A stretch of DNA of 63,953 bases, counting the filler, from Stramenopiles sp. TOSAG23-6 (lineage: Eukaryota): NCBI GenBank assembly GCA_900128565.1. It is 4 parts of 4 records of this genome, joined end to end, with 100 filler letters (N's around TTAATTAATTAA, not from the genome) between each part and the next. Parts side by side here need not be neighbours in the genome. Positions count along the whole stretch, not along the records: positions 33,628 to 50,248 come from LT636091.1; positions 50,349 to 63,953 come from LT636162.1; 2 more parts are not named here. The stretch is one strand, 5' to 3'. The translations under genes were made by a program, and so were the position numbers. Below are positions 36,295-60,107 of this stretch, piece after piece (position 1 is the stretch's first letter; every line of letters starts with the position of its first letter). A model generated the notes under the pieces. That model did no database searches and had not been told where the DNA came from. It saw only the letters and a list, made by a program, of their open reading frames with translations.

Positions 36295-36375
36295 AAAAGG
36301 AAGGATTTTTTTGTAAAATTTGTTAGGTACGGAATTTCGTACGAAAAAAAAGAAATTCGAAATAGAAAAGCAAAA
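36295..36375 (-). mobile_element. family copy in 3' non-coding region of FAM227-like gene
   Basis: TTCGTACGAAATTCCGTACCTAAC core on minus strand; ends uncertain. Confidence 0.6.
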
Positions 36376-36438
36376 TCAACCCCCATTAATAAAAATGGTT
36401 ATAACTATTAAATAAACTATCAATACTATATATTTTAT

Positions 36439-38006
36439 TCATTTTCTCCGACGTGTCACTAAAAAGTTACTATATGCAGAAACGTCTCGACGGCTTCCTC
36501 TCAAAATGACTTTTCTGGATTCTTTTAATGCAATTTTCTCCAATTCAGAATTCGCTACATCAGCGGAAATCTCCTTCTCATGCATTTTTTTTTGAATATT
36601 ATATTCATTTTGCAGTTTTGAATTTTTCTTCATAAACTTTTCGGTCAAACTTTGATAACTTTCACATCTCCAAGCGGCAATCACACGTAGTTTATTATTT
36701 TGTTCGTGTGGTGAATTCTTTTTAGGGTTAGGAATTGGGTTAGAATCGATTAGATCTTCAGTAAGTTTCACTTGGAGATCATGTATCTTGGAAAAATATT
36801 TCAAAAAAAAAATCGTTAGGTACAAAATTTCGTACGAAAAAAAAATTAGAAATTGAAAAAAAAATAAAATCGTACATATAGACGTGGCACTCTTGTATAT
36901 GTAGTATCATTTTCATTCATTTCATTTGTTTGAATTCCATCTTCTGTTCCTAAATATCGTTGAATAAATTCAGAATTTGATACAAAGATAAGTCGGCGAA
37001 TTCGCTTGCCTTTTTCCAGTTTTGTATTTTTTGTATTTTTGGTAGTTGACTGCAAACTATTTTTTTCTGAATCCAAATTTGTACTATTTATATCATCTTG
37101 AATATTTGATTTTCCTGTTGTCATTACCTCTCCAGATTTTGGGGATTTAGGGCTATTTGGTGTAATATTGGTACTCTGGTTGCTAATATCAACATCATTC
37201 GGCATTCTATCAGCTGGACCTGAACTATATTTTTTAGATCTATGTGTCAAAGACCCCGTTCTATTTGTTCTACCAGCTTTATTTAATGATTTGGTACTAT
37301 TTGTTCTACCAGCTTTATTTAATGATTTGACCCTCCGACTATTTGCACGAGAACTTTTTTCTCTTCTCTTACGTAGCGCTAATGCTTTTTCCTTCTTTTT
37401 TTGTTGAATGCTGTTTTGGAGACGTTTTTTGATTTGAGCACGTACAACAGGCGGGTATCGATCTAAAGAAGTGAGGGACCCCAACATATCTTCAATATTC
37501 CAATATTTCCATAGTTGTTTTGAGGAAGGAAATCCAAGGATCCAGCTACGTACTTTTGTTGCTATTCGATGCTTAAATGCATCGTCGAATTTCTGTGTCG
37601 CGTTAGGAAATCCGATGAAGAAACTAATATAAAGTGTCTGTGACATGGAGTCCGAGTACCACGTCAACAACTGATCAATTACTTGGTTATCTGCACCTTG
37701 GTCACTAAGTTTTTGTATAGCTACAACAAAATTACGTGACATCCGTAATAACATACGGTCATTCATAATGCGGGTTTTTCTATTTGGAATCTCAATATCT
37801 TCAAAGTAAATGAACCAAAACGCATCTTTTTGAATTTTTTCACTTTCTTTTCCACAGAAGAAATCCTTCCATAATTTCCCCCTGGGTTTCGCTGAAACAA
37901 GAAAGTACATCAATTTTGGCAAATCAACCGCATCTGGTAGTGGAGTGGGATCGTCATTCGAGAATGTAAATTCTCCGTTACTCTCAACTGCAGTGAGTGA
38001 AAACAT
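36439..38006 (-). CDS. FAM227-like (FWWh domain) protein, 2 exons
   Basis: DAFWFIYF...RMSRNFV...YSDSMSQTLY..F..GFP...FDDAFK...W. Confidence 0.7.
36781..36875 (-). mobile_element. family intron, GT-AT
   Basis: AT|GTACG...CAAGATACAT|; frame restored. Confidence 0.85.
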
Positions 38007-38245
38007 TTCTATATAAAGTTCTTTGGATTAACTGTACCAAGTACTTTATATAAGAAGATACTGTAGACTAGGTGACAAACAGTTACTTTTGACGACTTTG
38101 ACCGGCAGAATCTCGATGGATTTCGTGTCAATTTTTTGAGCTTCAAAATTTGATAGCGATAGGCCGGCCAATGATTCAAAGGTTACTATAGGTAGTAGGT
38201 ATCGTTCAATTTCGCTCTCTTTGCGTACTTTTGCGTTACTTCGGG

Positions 38246-49072
<10,827 letters not shown>

Positions 49073-49199
49073 CAAATTAAAAGTTTTATATATATATATA
49101 TTGGATANGCATTGAAAAATAAAGAGATATTTATTCATAGAATTATTCATTGAAGAAATTAAGAATAAATTGTCAAGTTTTAAGACAATCATCAAGGTT

Positions 49200-50024
49200 T
49201 TATGACAATTGATTATAACATAATATTGCCTTTTGACGAAGGTTCATATTATTTGTGACAATTCGTAACTCTCGACACGCATAATTGATCACATCAGATG
49301 TATTACCAACAATTCCAAATTCAAACTTTATCTTTTCAACACATTGACTTAGAGTTGGTTCATTGTTTTCTTCATCTGAAGAAATTACAATAGCATCATC
49401 CCCAATAGCATCAACAGGATCATCTTCCACTTCCGATTGATTAAATTTTTGAACTTTTGCATGAATTGATCCTGCTGTATAATTCCTTGAATTAGGAAAT
49501 TCTTTTGACATCATATCTGCCATTGCCTTATATGTTGGTCTTGGTTTCATTTCACTCAGTTCCTTGAGCTTTGCCAATTCAGCATCACTCCAACAAGTTG
49601 CTTTTTTCCTTTTCCTTTTAACACTAGTTTTATTGTATATATGATATTGAATCGCCCCCTTCAACACATCACATGTATAATTCCTTGAACTAGGAAATTC
49701 GTTTGACATCACATCTGCCATAGCCTGATATGTTGGTCTGGGGTTCATTTTACACAGTTCCTTGAGCTTTGCCAATTCAGCATTGCTCCAACGATTTCGT
49801 AGTTTAATTTTATCAGTTGTTTCATTGTAAACATGCTTTTGAATTGCTTTCCTAATCCCAACATGTGTATAATTCCTTGAATTAGGAAATTCTTTTGTCA
49901 TCATATCTGCCATATCAGGATATGTTGGTCTGGGGTTTATTTCCCACAGTTCCTTGAGCTTTGCTATTTCAGCTTTGCTCAAATTCTTACCCCGCTTCCT
50001 CTTCTTACCCCCACCTCTACCCAT
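49200..50024 (-). CDS. protein with three Myb/SANT-like HTH repeats
   Basis: three WSxAELAKLKEL...PRPTY..MAD.M..EFP.SRNYT repeats. Confidence 0.7.
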   Translation of the reverse strand: MGRGGGKKRKRGKNLSKAEIAKLKELWEINPRPTYPDMADMMTKEFPNSRNYTHVGIRKAIQKHVYNETTDKIKLRNRWSNAELAKLKELCKMNPRPTYQAMADVMSNEFPSSRNYTCDVLKGAIQYHIYNKTSVKRKRKKATCWSDAELAKLKELSEMKPRPTYKAMADMMSKEFPNSRNYTAGSIHAKVQKFNQSEVEDDPVDAIGDDAIVISSDEENNEPTLSQCVEKIKFEFGIVGNTSDVINYACRELRIVTNNMNLRQKAILCYNQLS

Positions 50025-50248
50025 AGTAGTAAGATGAAGTGGGTGAGGTTTAGGCAATATCTTCTAGCTGGTCTGAACGTCTTAAATTGTGTTTCTGTTC
50101 ACGCAGTGAGTAACAATGTCATGCGCACGAGATGACACGGACGTGTCTCTCGAAAATCATCTCAAAAAATCAATGAACAAAAATCTCCGATCTGATCACA
50201 CGAAATCCTCGATTCAAAATCGAAATGGAAATGGGTCGCGGTCACATT

Positions 50249-50348
50249 NNNNNNNNNNNNNNNNNNNNNNNNNNNNNNNNNNNNNNNNNNNNTTAATTAA
50301 TTAANNNNNNNNNNNNNNNNNNNNNNNNNNNNNNNNNNNNNNNNNNNN
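50249..50348. other. artificial contig linker
   Basis: 100-nt N run with TTAATTAATTAA. Confidence 0.97.
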
Positions 50349-50745
50349 AATAAAAATATTACTTGAAGACTAAGATTTTTTGAGATATAGTCAGCGTGCC
50401 GGTATATATATATAGGACCTATATATGGTATCCTACCTCGTAGTGTTGCCGTGTCCTTTTCGAGCGAGGCTTACCCACGTATGACACAATAATGCCATCG
50501 ATTATTATAAGAGTGTGCATCTTACTCTTATTCCTAACATGGCAACGTCAAGTCATTGCTGCAACTATACCAATAGTTACAGCTTCTCCTGAGCCTGAGG
50601 AAGACATTCACGTAGCAACAACTGATGCTTCCACTGAGCCTGAGCCTGACGGAAAAAAAATCGACGTCAACCCTAAGCAAACTATTGCTAGCGAGTTTAA
50701 GGGTGCGCAGCAGATTATATTAAGAGTGATGCAGCGCTGAATTTA

Positions 50746-53700
50746 TTGACGCCTACAGTGTGGGAAGACGAACATGATCTCGATCATGTAATTCGCGGTC
50801 AGATATCAGAACATTCAGGTTTTCCAGAAGAAGTGATAGACGCTTTGAATCTACCTTCAAAAGATTCAGTGCACAACACGATATGGAGGGGGAGTAGCGA
50901 ACATCACGACATGCCTGATCATTATGAAATGCCCGAACATCTATCACCCGCGCAGCGTGACTCGATGCAACGCCCACAGGACGTGAGTGACGACCAGTGG
51001 CACGCTCTGGCAATGCCGGTCGATGCCTCGATCAAGAGGAATGAGCTACTGCTCATCGAGGATGCAAGGCATGGCAAAGTGGAAACAGATATTTCAAAAC
51101 CGATATTTTCTCCTTCTAAAACGTATACTTTTCTATATTTATTTGCACTATTTGGTCAACCGGAAGCATTTGAAAAGCAACTAGATCGTATTATAGGTGG
51201 CGGTATGGATATGATAGAGGAGTATACCAAAGAAATTGCAGAGTTATTTCTGTTAGTAAATAAATCTTCAAGGGTCGACGGATTTCCATTTGTACATGGC
51301 AAAGGGACCGCATACCGAAATAGTATTCGAGAAAAACTTCAAATGATACTTATACGAAGCATTCCACCATTTCTTGCGGCAGCCGTCAAGTTAGGTGATG
51401 TTGCATCTGTTTTAATATTTCAAGAGTTTATAGACAAAAGTTTACGAGGAAAGGTTTTAGTGAATGCTCTGAGTATTCTATATGATTCCCTTTTTTATAA
51501 ACATACTGTGTCTCCTGTGGAAAGGACACATAAGTTAAACTTCATGCAATTTTTGGATGATAGCAAACTAACAGAAGGAAAAGAGTATACGGTATCAGAG
51601 AACGGTAGTACCGCTGTAAATAATGCTTTCTTGGATCAAAATGGATTTTATATCCCTATATTCGACAAAAAACGATCGGACACAGTTTGGGTAAAACAAA
51701 ATTTACCAACCATCAAATCTGATCCTTCTATTGGTACTAACTTTGTGTGGCGATGGACTGAAAAGACACTTGACACTGATGTTTTGACGTATTGGGATAT
51801 GAAGCAAAAACATCAAAAAAATGTCCCCATCATTGAGGTCAGTAATCATATGATGATAGTGTTGATCTTAATGAATCGAGAAACGTTTGACGAAGATTTA
51901 GGTAAGGATATGGAAGAACTTAGATTAATGATAAAAGCACAGAATGAAGCCATACCGACTATGGATATAAACAAATTAGATAGATTTAGAAATCATTTTA
52001 GGGAGTATATCAATTTTGAATATCTTGACGCTGCCATACAAGGTATACCTGAAATTCCTGAATATTCCTATCTATACATGATAGTATATCAATCTATAAT
52101 TTTGCACATAAAACAATTAAGTATGGATGAAATCGAGACTTTGCTTTGTGAAAACGTTTCACCAAAAGTACCACATCATCCAGAACTGCTTACCTTTATA
52201 TTCAAATTATTATCTAAAGAACAGGTTGTGGAGTTATTTGGTAAAAATCAAGAGTTGGAAAAAAATATTATGATGCTTGCTTTGCAGGAGGATGATTACT
52301 TTTTCCTTGAAGAAATTATTGACAAGCATAATGAGGGTTATATTGATGCTGTAGGCCGACGATTATCCTTATCTGATGAAGAAGAATATTCTTTCCCAAT
52401 AGGTCTTCATCCAGAGTCGATAAAGTACATGATTTCAAGGAGAAGCGTTTTTTTCAAAAATCATAGAGGTGATGACTTTTTAACAGTGCTTGAATATGCA
52501 GTTGCAAACTTGGATATGGATCTAGTAGAATTTCTTTTGGAAGAGGGATCAAACCCATATAAGAATCTAAATCGCCGGAAGGTGTTTGAATTCCTTTTAG
52601 GTTTGGGAAATCCTTTTGGGATTGACAATGTACGAGATACACTCGTCTTGGAAATAGCAACATTATTAATAAAACATGGAGCTGCAGATGTTTTTGTGGA
52701 TATTACTCCAGTAGAATTGTATGAAAAATACGAAGGATTACAGAGATTGCTCAACTCAAAAGATCAACTGGTACTGAGCTTTCCAGGATCTCAGGAATGC
52801 AGTATTTCAACATATTGGTTAAAGTTGGTTGTCGAATGCACTAAACAGCCAAGTCATGATATACATCCGTCTAATGTAGACCGCGTTGAGTATATTCGTC
52901 GTATTGGTGCTGATTTGAAGGGCAATGAGCCTATAAGTATACTTCATGAAGCTGTCATGGGAGGTGATTTTGAAGTGATTCGCAATTTACTTGAACATAG
53001 CTGGCAATCATCTATTGTCAATGAAGTCAATGAACACGGCAAAACACCTCTGGATATTGCGACTTCTTTGTATATAGAGCACGAAAACAAATATGGCCGT
53101 TTCGTTTCTTTTTTCACCAAGGAAGAAAAAAGAAGACGAGAGAATATAGAAATGATTCGAGACACAATAATTAAATATAAGGGAATATCATGTTTAAAGA
53201 GACAGAATTATGTTACAAGCGCGAAAGAAATGTTTCTGAAAATGGAAGCTTCACAAGAAACTCTTAAATCGGCTCTAATGGAGTTTCAAAAATTGGAAAA
53301 GAAAGAAAAGAAATCATCGGGTGGAAAGAAGAAGAAAAACAAAAACAAAAAGAAATCAAAGAAGAATGAACCACGTGATATAATGCTGAAAAAAATAAAG
53401 AATCTTGAGGCTGATGGGTTAATATTTAAAGACAAGTATTTAAAATTCTCATCAATGCTAGAGGAATTTGGAATTCCTAAAACAGATATTTTCAAGGAAA
53501 ATACTAAATTGTGTCACACTCAATTGGAGCCTGAACCTGAACATGAAGTACAATTGGGATCACCGCCCCATACTAAGATGTATGCCAATTCGGGAGAAAC
53601 CTGGCAAATTGAGCCTGAACCTGAACATAAAGTACAATTGAAAGAAATCTGGCAATTGGGTAAACCTGGGTCCGGGTCTATTGTTGAATGGATGCAGCTA

Positions 53701-56700
53701 CCGGTGGAACAAATCGGTCGTTTTGAGCAGTGGTATAAACACATAGGAAGTAAGATCGATACAATTGACATTTTACAAAAAGTTGGTTCGGGCAAAGGTA
53801 GCTTTGGTCAACAGGTGTGGAATATGTTCACCAAAGAACCCAAGAAGGTGAAAATATTTCTTGATGGAATATTCAATTCAAGCGGGCTGGTGGACGCGGA
53901 ACACCATGACAACTTATCATCTCCACGAACTTTAGGGAGTATATCAAAGAACGGCGCTCTCCTAGAGACATGGATAGCTTCGTGGGTAAAAATTTTGCAA
54001 TCCATGAGATCTGCTGAGACTAATGACAATGTCCTTTCTTATGCAGCAAGTCATACACAAAGAGAAACTGTAAGAAATTTACTTGAATATCCTTGTTTTC
54101 AAAGACTTATCGACGATGTGAATCATAATGGCTTTACTGCATTACACATTGCTGCTGGCGTCGGCGACATTGGTATGGTAAAATTACTTCTTTCGAATGG
54201 TGCTGATCCAAATATTAAGGCCAAAGTCAATTTCGATACAAGATCATGTGCTCTTACTCCATTAACCATTTCTGCTGTTGATGGTTCAACAGAAATTGCA
54301 CAATTACTTATTTCAAATGGCGCTGATGTAAACATTGTATCGGAAAATGGAGTTTCTGCGTTGACTTGTGCTATTAACTTCAAACATTATGATTTTGTAA
54401 AAATGTTGATGCAATCATCAGAGCTAAACTCGGAAATTGTAAATAAAGAATTTCTCAGTAAAAAGAAAATAAAAACTGTTCCCCTAATGCGTGCGATAGC
54501 TGTCGACCACCCCAAAGATATTGTAGAACTATTAATCAGGAAAGGTGCAAATGTTGATTATACAGATGATGCTTTGGAAACGCCACTTACGTATGCTTGT
54601 AGGAAAGGAAATAATAATTTGTCACGATTACTAATAGAATCTGGAGATAAGGTATATCTAAAAAAAATGAAAACAATTGACGACTTGACCCCATTAATGC
54701 TTGCCTCTCAGTATGGGATGATAGATGTTGTAAAGTTGCTTCTTTTGCATGGTGTAGATGTAAATTTTGAAAGAAAAAGTGATAAACGTAATGCTTTGAT
54801 TTATGCTATCATTGGTAAGCACACTGAGATTGCGCAACTTTTAATTGACAAGGGAGATAAAAAATTTGTGCAAACAGAACAAGGTTTCACCCCGCTTATG
54901 TTTGCTGCACAAAGAGGTCTTTTGGATATTGTAAGCTCATTACTAGATAATGGTGCTGATATTAATGTGATGATTACAGATTCAAGTACTGCATTAAGTT
55001 TTGCGTTAAAATGGAGTGGACAGGGTGGTGTTGCATCAGTTGAAGAATTATCAAGAAAACGAGATGTTGTAAGACTACTTATTGCTCGAGGTACAGTTAT
55101 TAGAATCAAGGATTGGTTTTTGGTAGTTGAGGAATGGTTACCAAGAAAACAAGATATTGCAGAACTAATTTTTGCTCAAGGTACAGTTATTGGAAGCAAT
55201 GAGTTGTTGGAAGTTGAAACGCTTCAAAATGAAATTGTGCACATGCTGCTTGAAGGGGACGCAGATCCCGACTGGACTTTAGCTAATTGCGGGAGTAACT
55301 TTACAGCACTTATTGTTGCTTCTGTAGTAGGATCTGCAGAAATAGTTGCAACATTACTTAAAGCAGGTGCTGATCCCAACAAGCTCGATAGACATCGTAA
55401 TTCCGCTCTTATGCTTGCTGTAAAAAATGGACATCTAGAAATAGTTGAAAACCTCATTGCTAGTGGTGCTAAAATTAGTCATTCTGGTGGTCGATGGGGA
55501 AAATCTAAGGTGGAATTGACTGTCTTAGCTCTTGCTCTACTCGCTAGGTTGACAGACTATGCAATTGTAGAAATATTAATTGCCAATGGTGCTAATGAAG
55601 ATGATCTAGTCTCTGTTGAAGGTTTTGATATGAGCGATGACATTTTATTCATACGAATGCTCAGAATTATCGATAATAGTAGTCCATCATCACCATTTGA
55701 TTGGTTACATCTAGTAGGTGATGCTTCAGATGATAGCAGCTATGAAAATAATGTCGCTGAAAGTAGTGGCGATGATGAAGCAATCAATGAGGAAGAACTA
55801 ATATTAATTAATCTTTACAAAGGTTACCATGGCGCATCTAATGTAGATTTGTTTAAAGACAAGAAAGAAGCCGAAGAAAGAATTAAAAAAGAAAAGAGGA
55901 GAAATGATACTACATCAGTAAGACCAACAAATGATACAGTAGCGGGTGACAGTGATATAGATGTATCACGAGCACTGCCCAAAACAAGTGATATTGAAAG
56001 GACGTTATTTATATACGATAAAGTTGAAAAATGGCGTAGGAATCCAAAAAATGCACATCTTATGAAAAGTTTTGCAAAGCATTTACAATACATTTCAAAT
56101 GGTGAAATACGGAGTGGGTATAAACCATTAGAAACTGTTACTGGTGTAATGGGTAATAAATTATGGGAAGCCCCTATTACTGGAAAGCAAAGAATTTTGT
56201 TTGAATTTCCTGAAAGGCTAGAAAATGGTACAATATCTCCTGGACATGTATGGGACGTAACTCCGCAGCACGATGGTCATGGTGGTATTGCAGATCGTGC
56301 CGAAAAACTAACATCAACAGCGACACGTGCCAATTTGAGAAAGCAAGCATTGATTAGAAAGGATGAGTTATCAAAATATGGAAGTAGGTCACTGGAAGAT
56401 GCTCATGATATTGGTTACGACAAAAAATTGTATGGTAAGGGTCAATCGAAAAAATACGTATTGAAATCGAATCATTCAGGCTCATTGGACTGGGAATCTC
56501 AATTAAGTGAAAAGGATTGGAAAATTCATCAAAGGTTGTCGGACGAAGAGCGAAAATGTGTAGATATTGCAGGATTTTGTGAATTGGACGGTCGAGCCGG
56601 AACGGGGAAGACAGAGATCACAATGTTTAGAATGATACTTAATGCAAATAAAGCTGCTGGAGAGGATCATTTTATCGCATTGAATGAAGGAAGAAGAATG

Positions 56701-58925
56701 TCATCTCATGTTGATACATTTGCTGCAGTGGAACCAGAACCAGAAATACAAGAACCAGTACCAGAGTATCATCAATGTCGTCAAGTATTTATAGCAAAAT
56801 CTCTACATTTGAGTGAAAGTGCTGAAGATCAAATGCCTGATGCATATTTACATGACCCTTTGACATCAATGGAGTTTTTACCAGTAACCATTAATCCTTT
56901 TGAACAAGAATGGCTTAAATCTCGCGACAAAAAAAAGATTTCTTTTGTGGAAAGAATTGAAAGAGAAGCAAACGGTGATATGTCTAAAGCACTACGCCAT
57001 GCTATTGACTTTGAGGAATCTGCGGCTAAACATGGTGGCCATATTGACTATAAAATGTTTAAAGAGCAATATGAAAACTTTACTGTTGGAAAATCAAAAC
57101 ATACGTCTAGTGTACTACAAGGTACCTGTGAATTATCTGCAGAAGTTGTGTGGACGCAAATAAATACAAATATCAAAGGTTCATTTCAGTCGTTTATGGA
57201 GGGCCGAGAATTAACTCTTGACGAATATCTAGCCCAGGGCACACGAAAGGGATTGTTACAGTTTAATGCTAAGCAAAAGAAAGCAATTTATGCCGTATTT
57301 TTGAGGTACGAATCTTTAAAAACAAGTTCTTCATTTGATGGTGTAGATTCTGGGAGGAAAAAAATATGGTATGATGATATGGATCGAATTTTAGATGTTG
57401 TTCGACGTTTGAAAAAATTCGAAAAACATTTTCCTTTTGTCATAGAATTTGGTAAGAATACAATGTGGAAGAGCGGTCGACACCCATTTGATTATATATT
57501 CATAGATGAAGTTCAAGACTTACCTCCAATTATTACTGCTCTTGCTCGTTGTGTTGTCGGAGGTAGTCCAGATAACATTACTGTAGCTGGAGACCTTGCA
57601 CAGCAAATAATACCCGGAGTAGCATTTACTTTTGACAATATTCATAATATTATCGCTCGTTCTGAAGATGGTTCCCGTATTGTAGGTTTTACAGCATCGT
57701 CGAAGGAAGGTGCGAATAGAAAGCTGCAAATAAATTATCGTACACATGCTCAAATGATTGAAAGTTCCTCTACGATCATGTAGGTTTTATTTTTTATCAA
57801 TTTCGAATATATTTTTCGTACGAAATTTTGTACCTAACGATTTTCTTTTGAAATATTTTTCCAAAATACATTCGCCTTTTAGAAAACTATTTTCAACTAC
57901 CAAGGACTCATGCTGATACCAGTGCTATTACAGAGAGATCTGGGCCTACACCTAAAATATGGCGTACAAATAATAAAGAACTGATAGATGAATTAGCGCC
58001 TGGAAATGTTCTACTTTTCAAAGATGAGCAATCAATTCAAAGATTTGAGAGAGAGTTTGAGGAAAGATTAGAAATGATACAGAGAGAAAAGGAAAGGTTA
58101 CAATCAATAAAAGCAGATCCAAAAAGGGTTGGCAAGACGGTCCATCTTGATTCTCAATTAAAAGAATTGCAAATAAGAGAAGAAGCAAGCATAAGGCGAC
58201 AGGAGAAGGCGAAGACGTACACAAAACTTACTGTACGTGAATCGAAGGGTTTAGAGTATGGCAGAGTTGTTCTTGTAAATTTTTTTTCATATGCTGATGA
58301 GAAGTATTGTAAATACTTTCGTGCATTATTTACTGGGACAGTAACTGATAGGCATAAAAAAAGTTTTGAGGATGATCCTGATTTGTATGATGGACTTCGT
58401 AATGAATTGAGATTGTTCTATGTAGGAATGACTCGAAGCATTACAGAATTATATATAGTTGAAACAAGTGAAAATAGTTGTCAGAAATCAGCGTTTGACT
58501 TCTTTTTAAAAGCAAGAAACGAGGACGATGGCGAAGTGCGTAAATTATTCGAAAGGTATGCTCCAACAAAAAAAGGCATACANGGTAGTCTATTTACTGT
58601 ANGTATTAGTAAATCAAGTTTAATCAAACAAGGGTCACAATTGATGATTTTATCAAATCAATCAAAGGAACATAGTCTCAAATATTCAACTGAAGCAAAA
58701 AAGTTATTTGCATTAGCCGGACGATTGGACCTAGTTGATAAAATAGATGCTTTTGCNTCNTGTACTTCCTTGCCAGAAGGTACTAATNATGATGTTTTTA
58801 TTGAGTATATTGATACATGTATGAAATTGGGTTTATTTGGCAAAGTCATTGAAGTAATTAAAGCAAGAAAAAATCCAAAGTTTTTATATATTATACAGAA
58901 GATACAACGTTTGTCTGCACCCTGA
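50746..58925 (+). CDS. TRANK1-like ankyrin-repeat / UvrD-like SF1 helicase, 2 exons; true start uncertain
   Basis: many ankyrin repeats; GRAGTGKT, DEVQD, AGDLAQQI, INYRTH, then after intron ESKGLEY and ELRLFYVGMTRS. Confidence 0.85.
57780..57871 (+). mobile_element. family intron, GT-AT
   Basis: AT|GTAGG...CAAAATACAT|; joins helicase motifs IV to V/VI in frame. Confidence 0.92.
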
Positions 58926-59296
58926 CTGGCCAAATAGTAAGGTGATATATACGACTTTATGCGTGATTACAGCTATTAGGGCACCAATAAATAATTTNAT
59001 TACATATGGAANCCATTAATTGTTTCATTGTAAAAAATAAAATAACAAATAAATAATTTCATTGTAAAAAATAAAATAACAAATAAATAATAACAATGCT
59101 TACAAAAAAATCATAAATTAGGGTTAGGGTCTCGATCCACACGAATAAATCCAAAAGTTTTGTCGCTCGATTTTTCGTTTTGAAACTTTTGATTGGCCGT
59201 TGGTTTGGTGTTGTGTCAAAACCTCATGTTGTAGTATTATACGTGTGTGTATCGTGAGCAGTGTTGAATATTCCTCTCAGGTTGATACATCAAATA

Positions 59297-60046
59297 ATGA
59301 GTGTTCGTAGCATTGATGCTACATTAGAATCCTTACTGAGTCATGTCCCCACTGGGAATACGACAACATTATCCAATGCATCTTACGATTTATTCAAGCA
59401 AGCGGAATCTTTCATTCAATATATTTTTAATGAGTTAAATGAGTCAGGTGGTGCTCAGAAGCTTTTTGACACCATGGAACAAAATGTTTCGAATGAATTT
59501 AANANCCTTTCAGGTATAGAATTANAGCGTTCTACATGTAAAGTTATTTTGATTACATGTATAGCGCTGATTTTATCAATTTTTGTTCGTCTTTTTCGCT
59601 ATTGCTGTAGTTGTTGTAGACAAATGGAAACACCAAAGAAGAAGAGACGATTGAGAAAGAAGAAAAGAGCAACGATGGAGATAGTCAGTGATGAGAGTAG
59701 TGATTATGATGCTGANACTGGTGAATGCATAAAAGGTCCGGGTCTTCGCACTCAAGAAGTAAAACAAAAACGACTTAGACGACGTGGTGGAAAACGTGTA
59801 AAGCAGAGAGAGAGGAAACGTCGCGAAGCTAAAGAAGAAGATCGCAAAGCTACAGAAGAAGCTAAACGTAGAGAAGAAGCCGAAGTGTCATTATTGAATG
59901 CGGAAGGATGGACTACAATAAAAAAGCAGCATCACGCGAAAACACAAATTGAAACAAAAAATGAGTCACGGCCTTTGGAAGATGNTGTTTGTGGAGACGA
60001 CAGTATTGCATGGGACGGAGACTACGATGGTTTAAAAAAAATGTAG
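59297..60046 (+). CDS. hypothetical single-pass membrane protein with basic tail
   Basis: hydrophobic segment followed by Cys cluster and K/R-rich region. Confidence 0.55.
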   Translation: MSVRSIDATLESLLSHVPTGNTTTLSNASYDLFKQAESFIQYIFNELNESGGAQKLFDTMEQNVSNEFXXLSGIELXRSTCKVILITCIALILSIFVRLFRYCCSCCRQMETPKKKRRLRKKKRATMEIVSDESSDYDAXTGECIKGPGLRTQEVKQKRLRRRGGKRVKQRERKRREAKEEDRKATEEAKRREEAEVSLLNAEGWTTIKKQHHAKTQIETKNESRPLEDXVCGDDSIAWDGDYDGLKKM

Positions 60047-60107
60047 TACAATATAGCAAAGATTCAATAAAGATTCAATTATTTATTCATTTCTCTTTAT
60101 GATTCAA

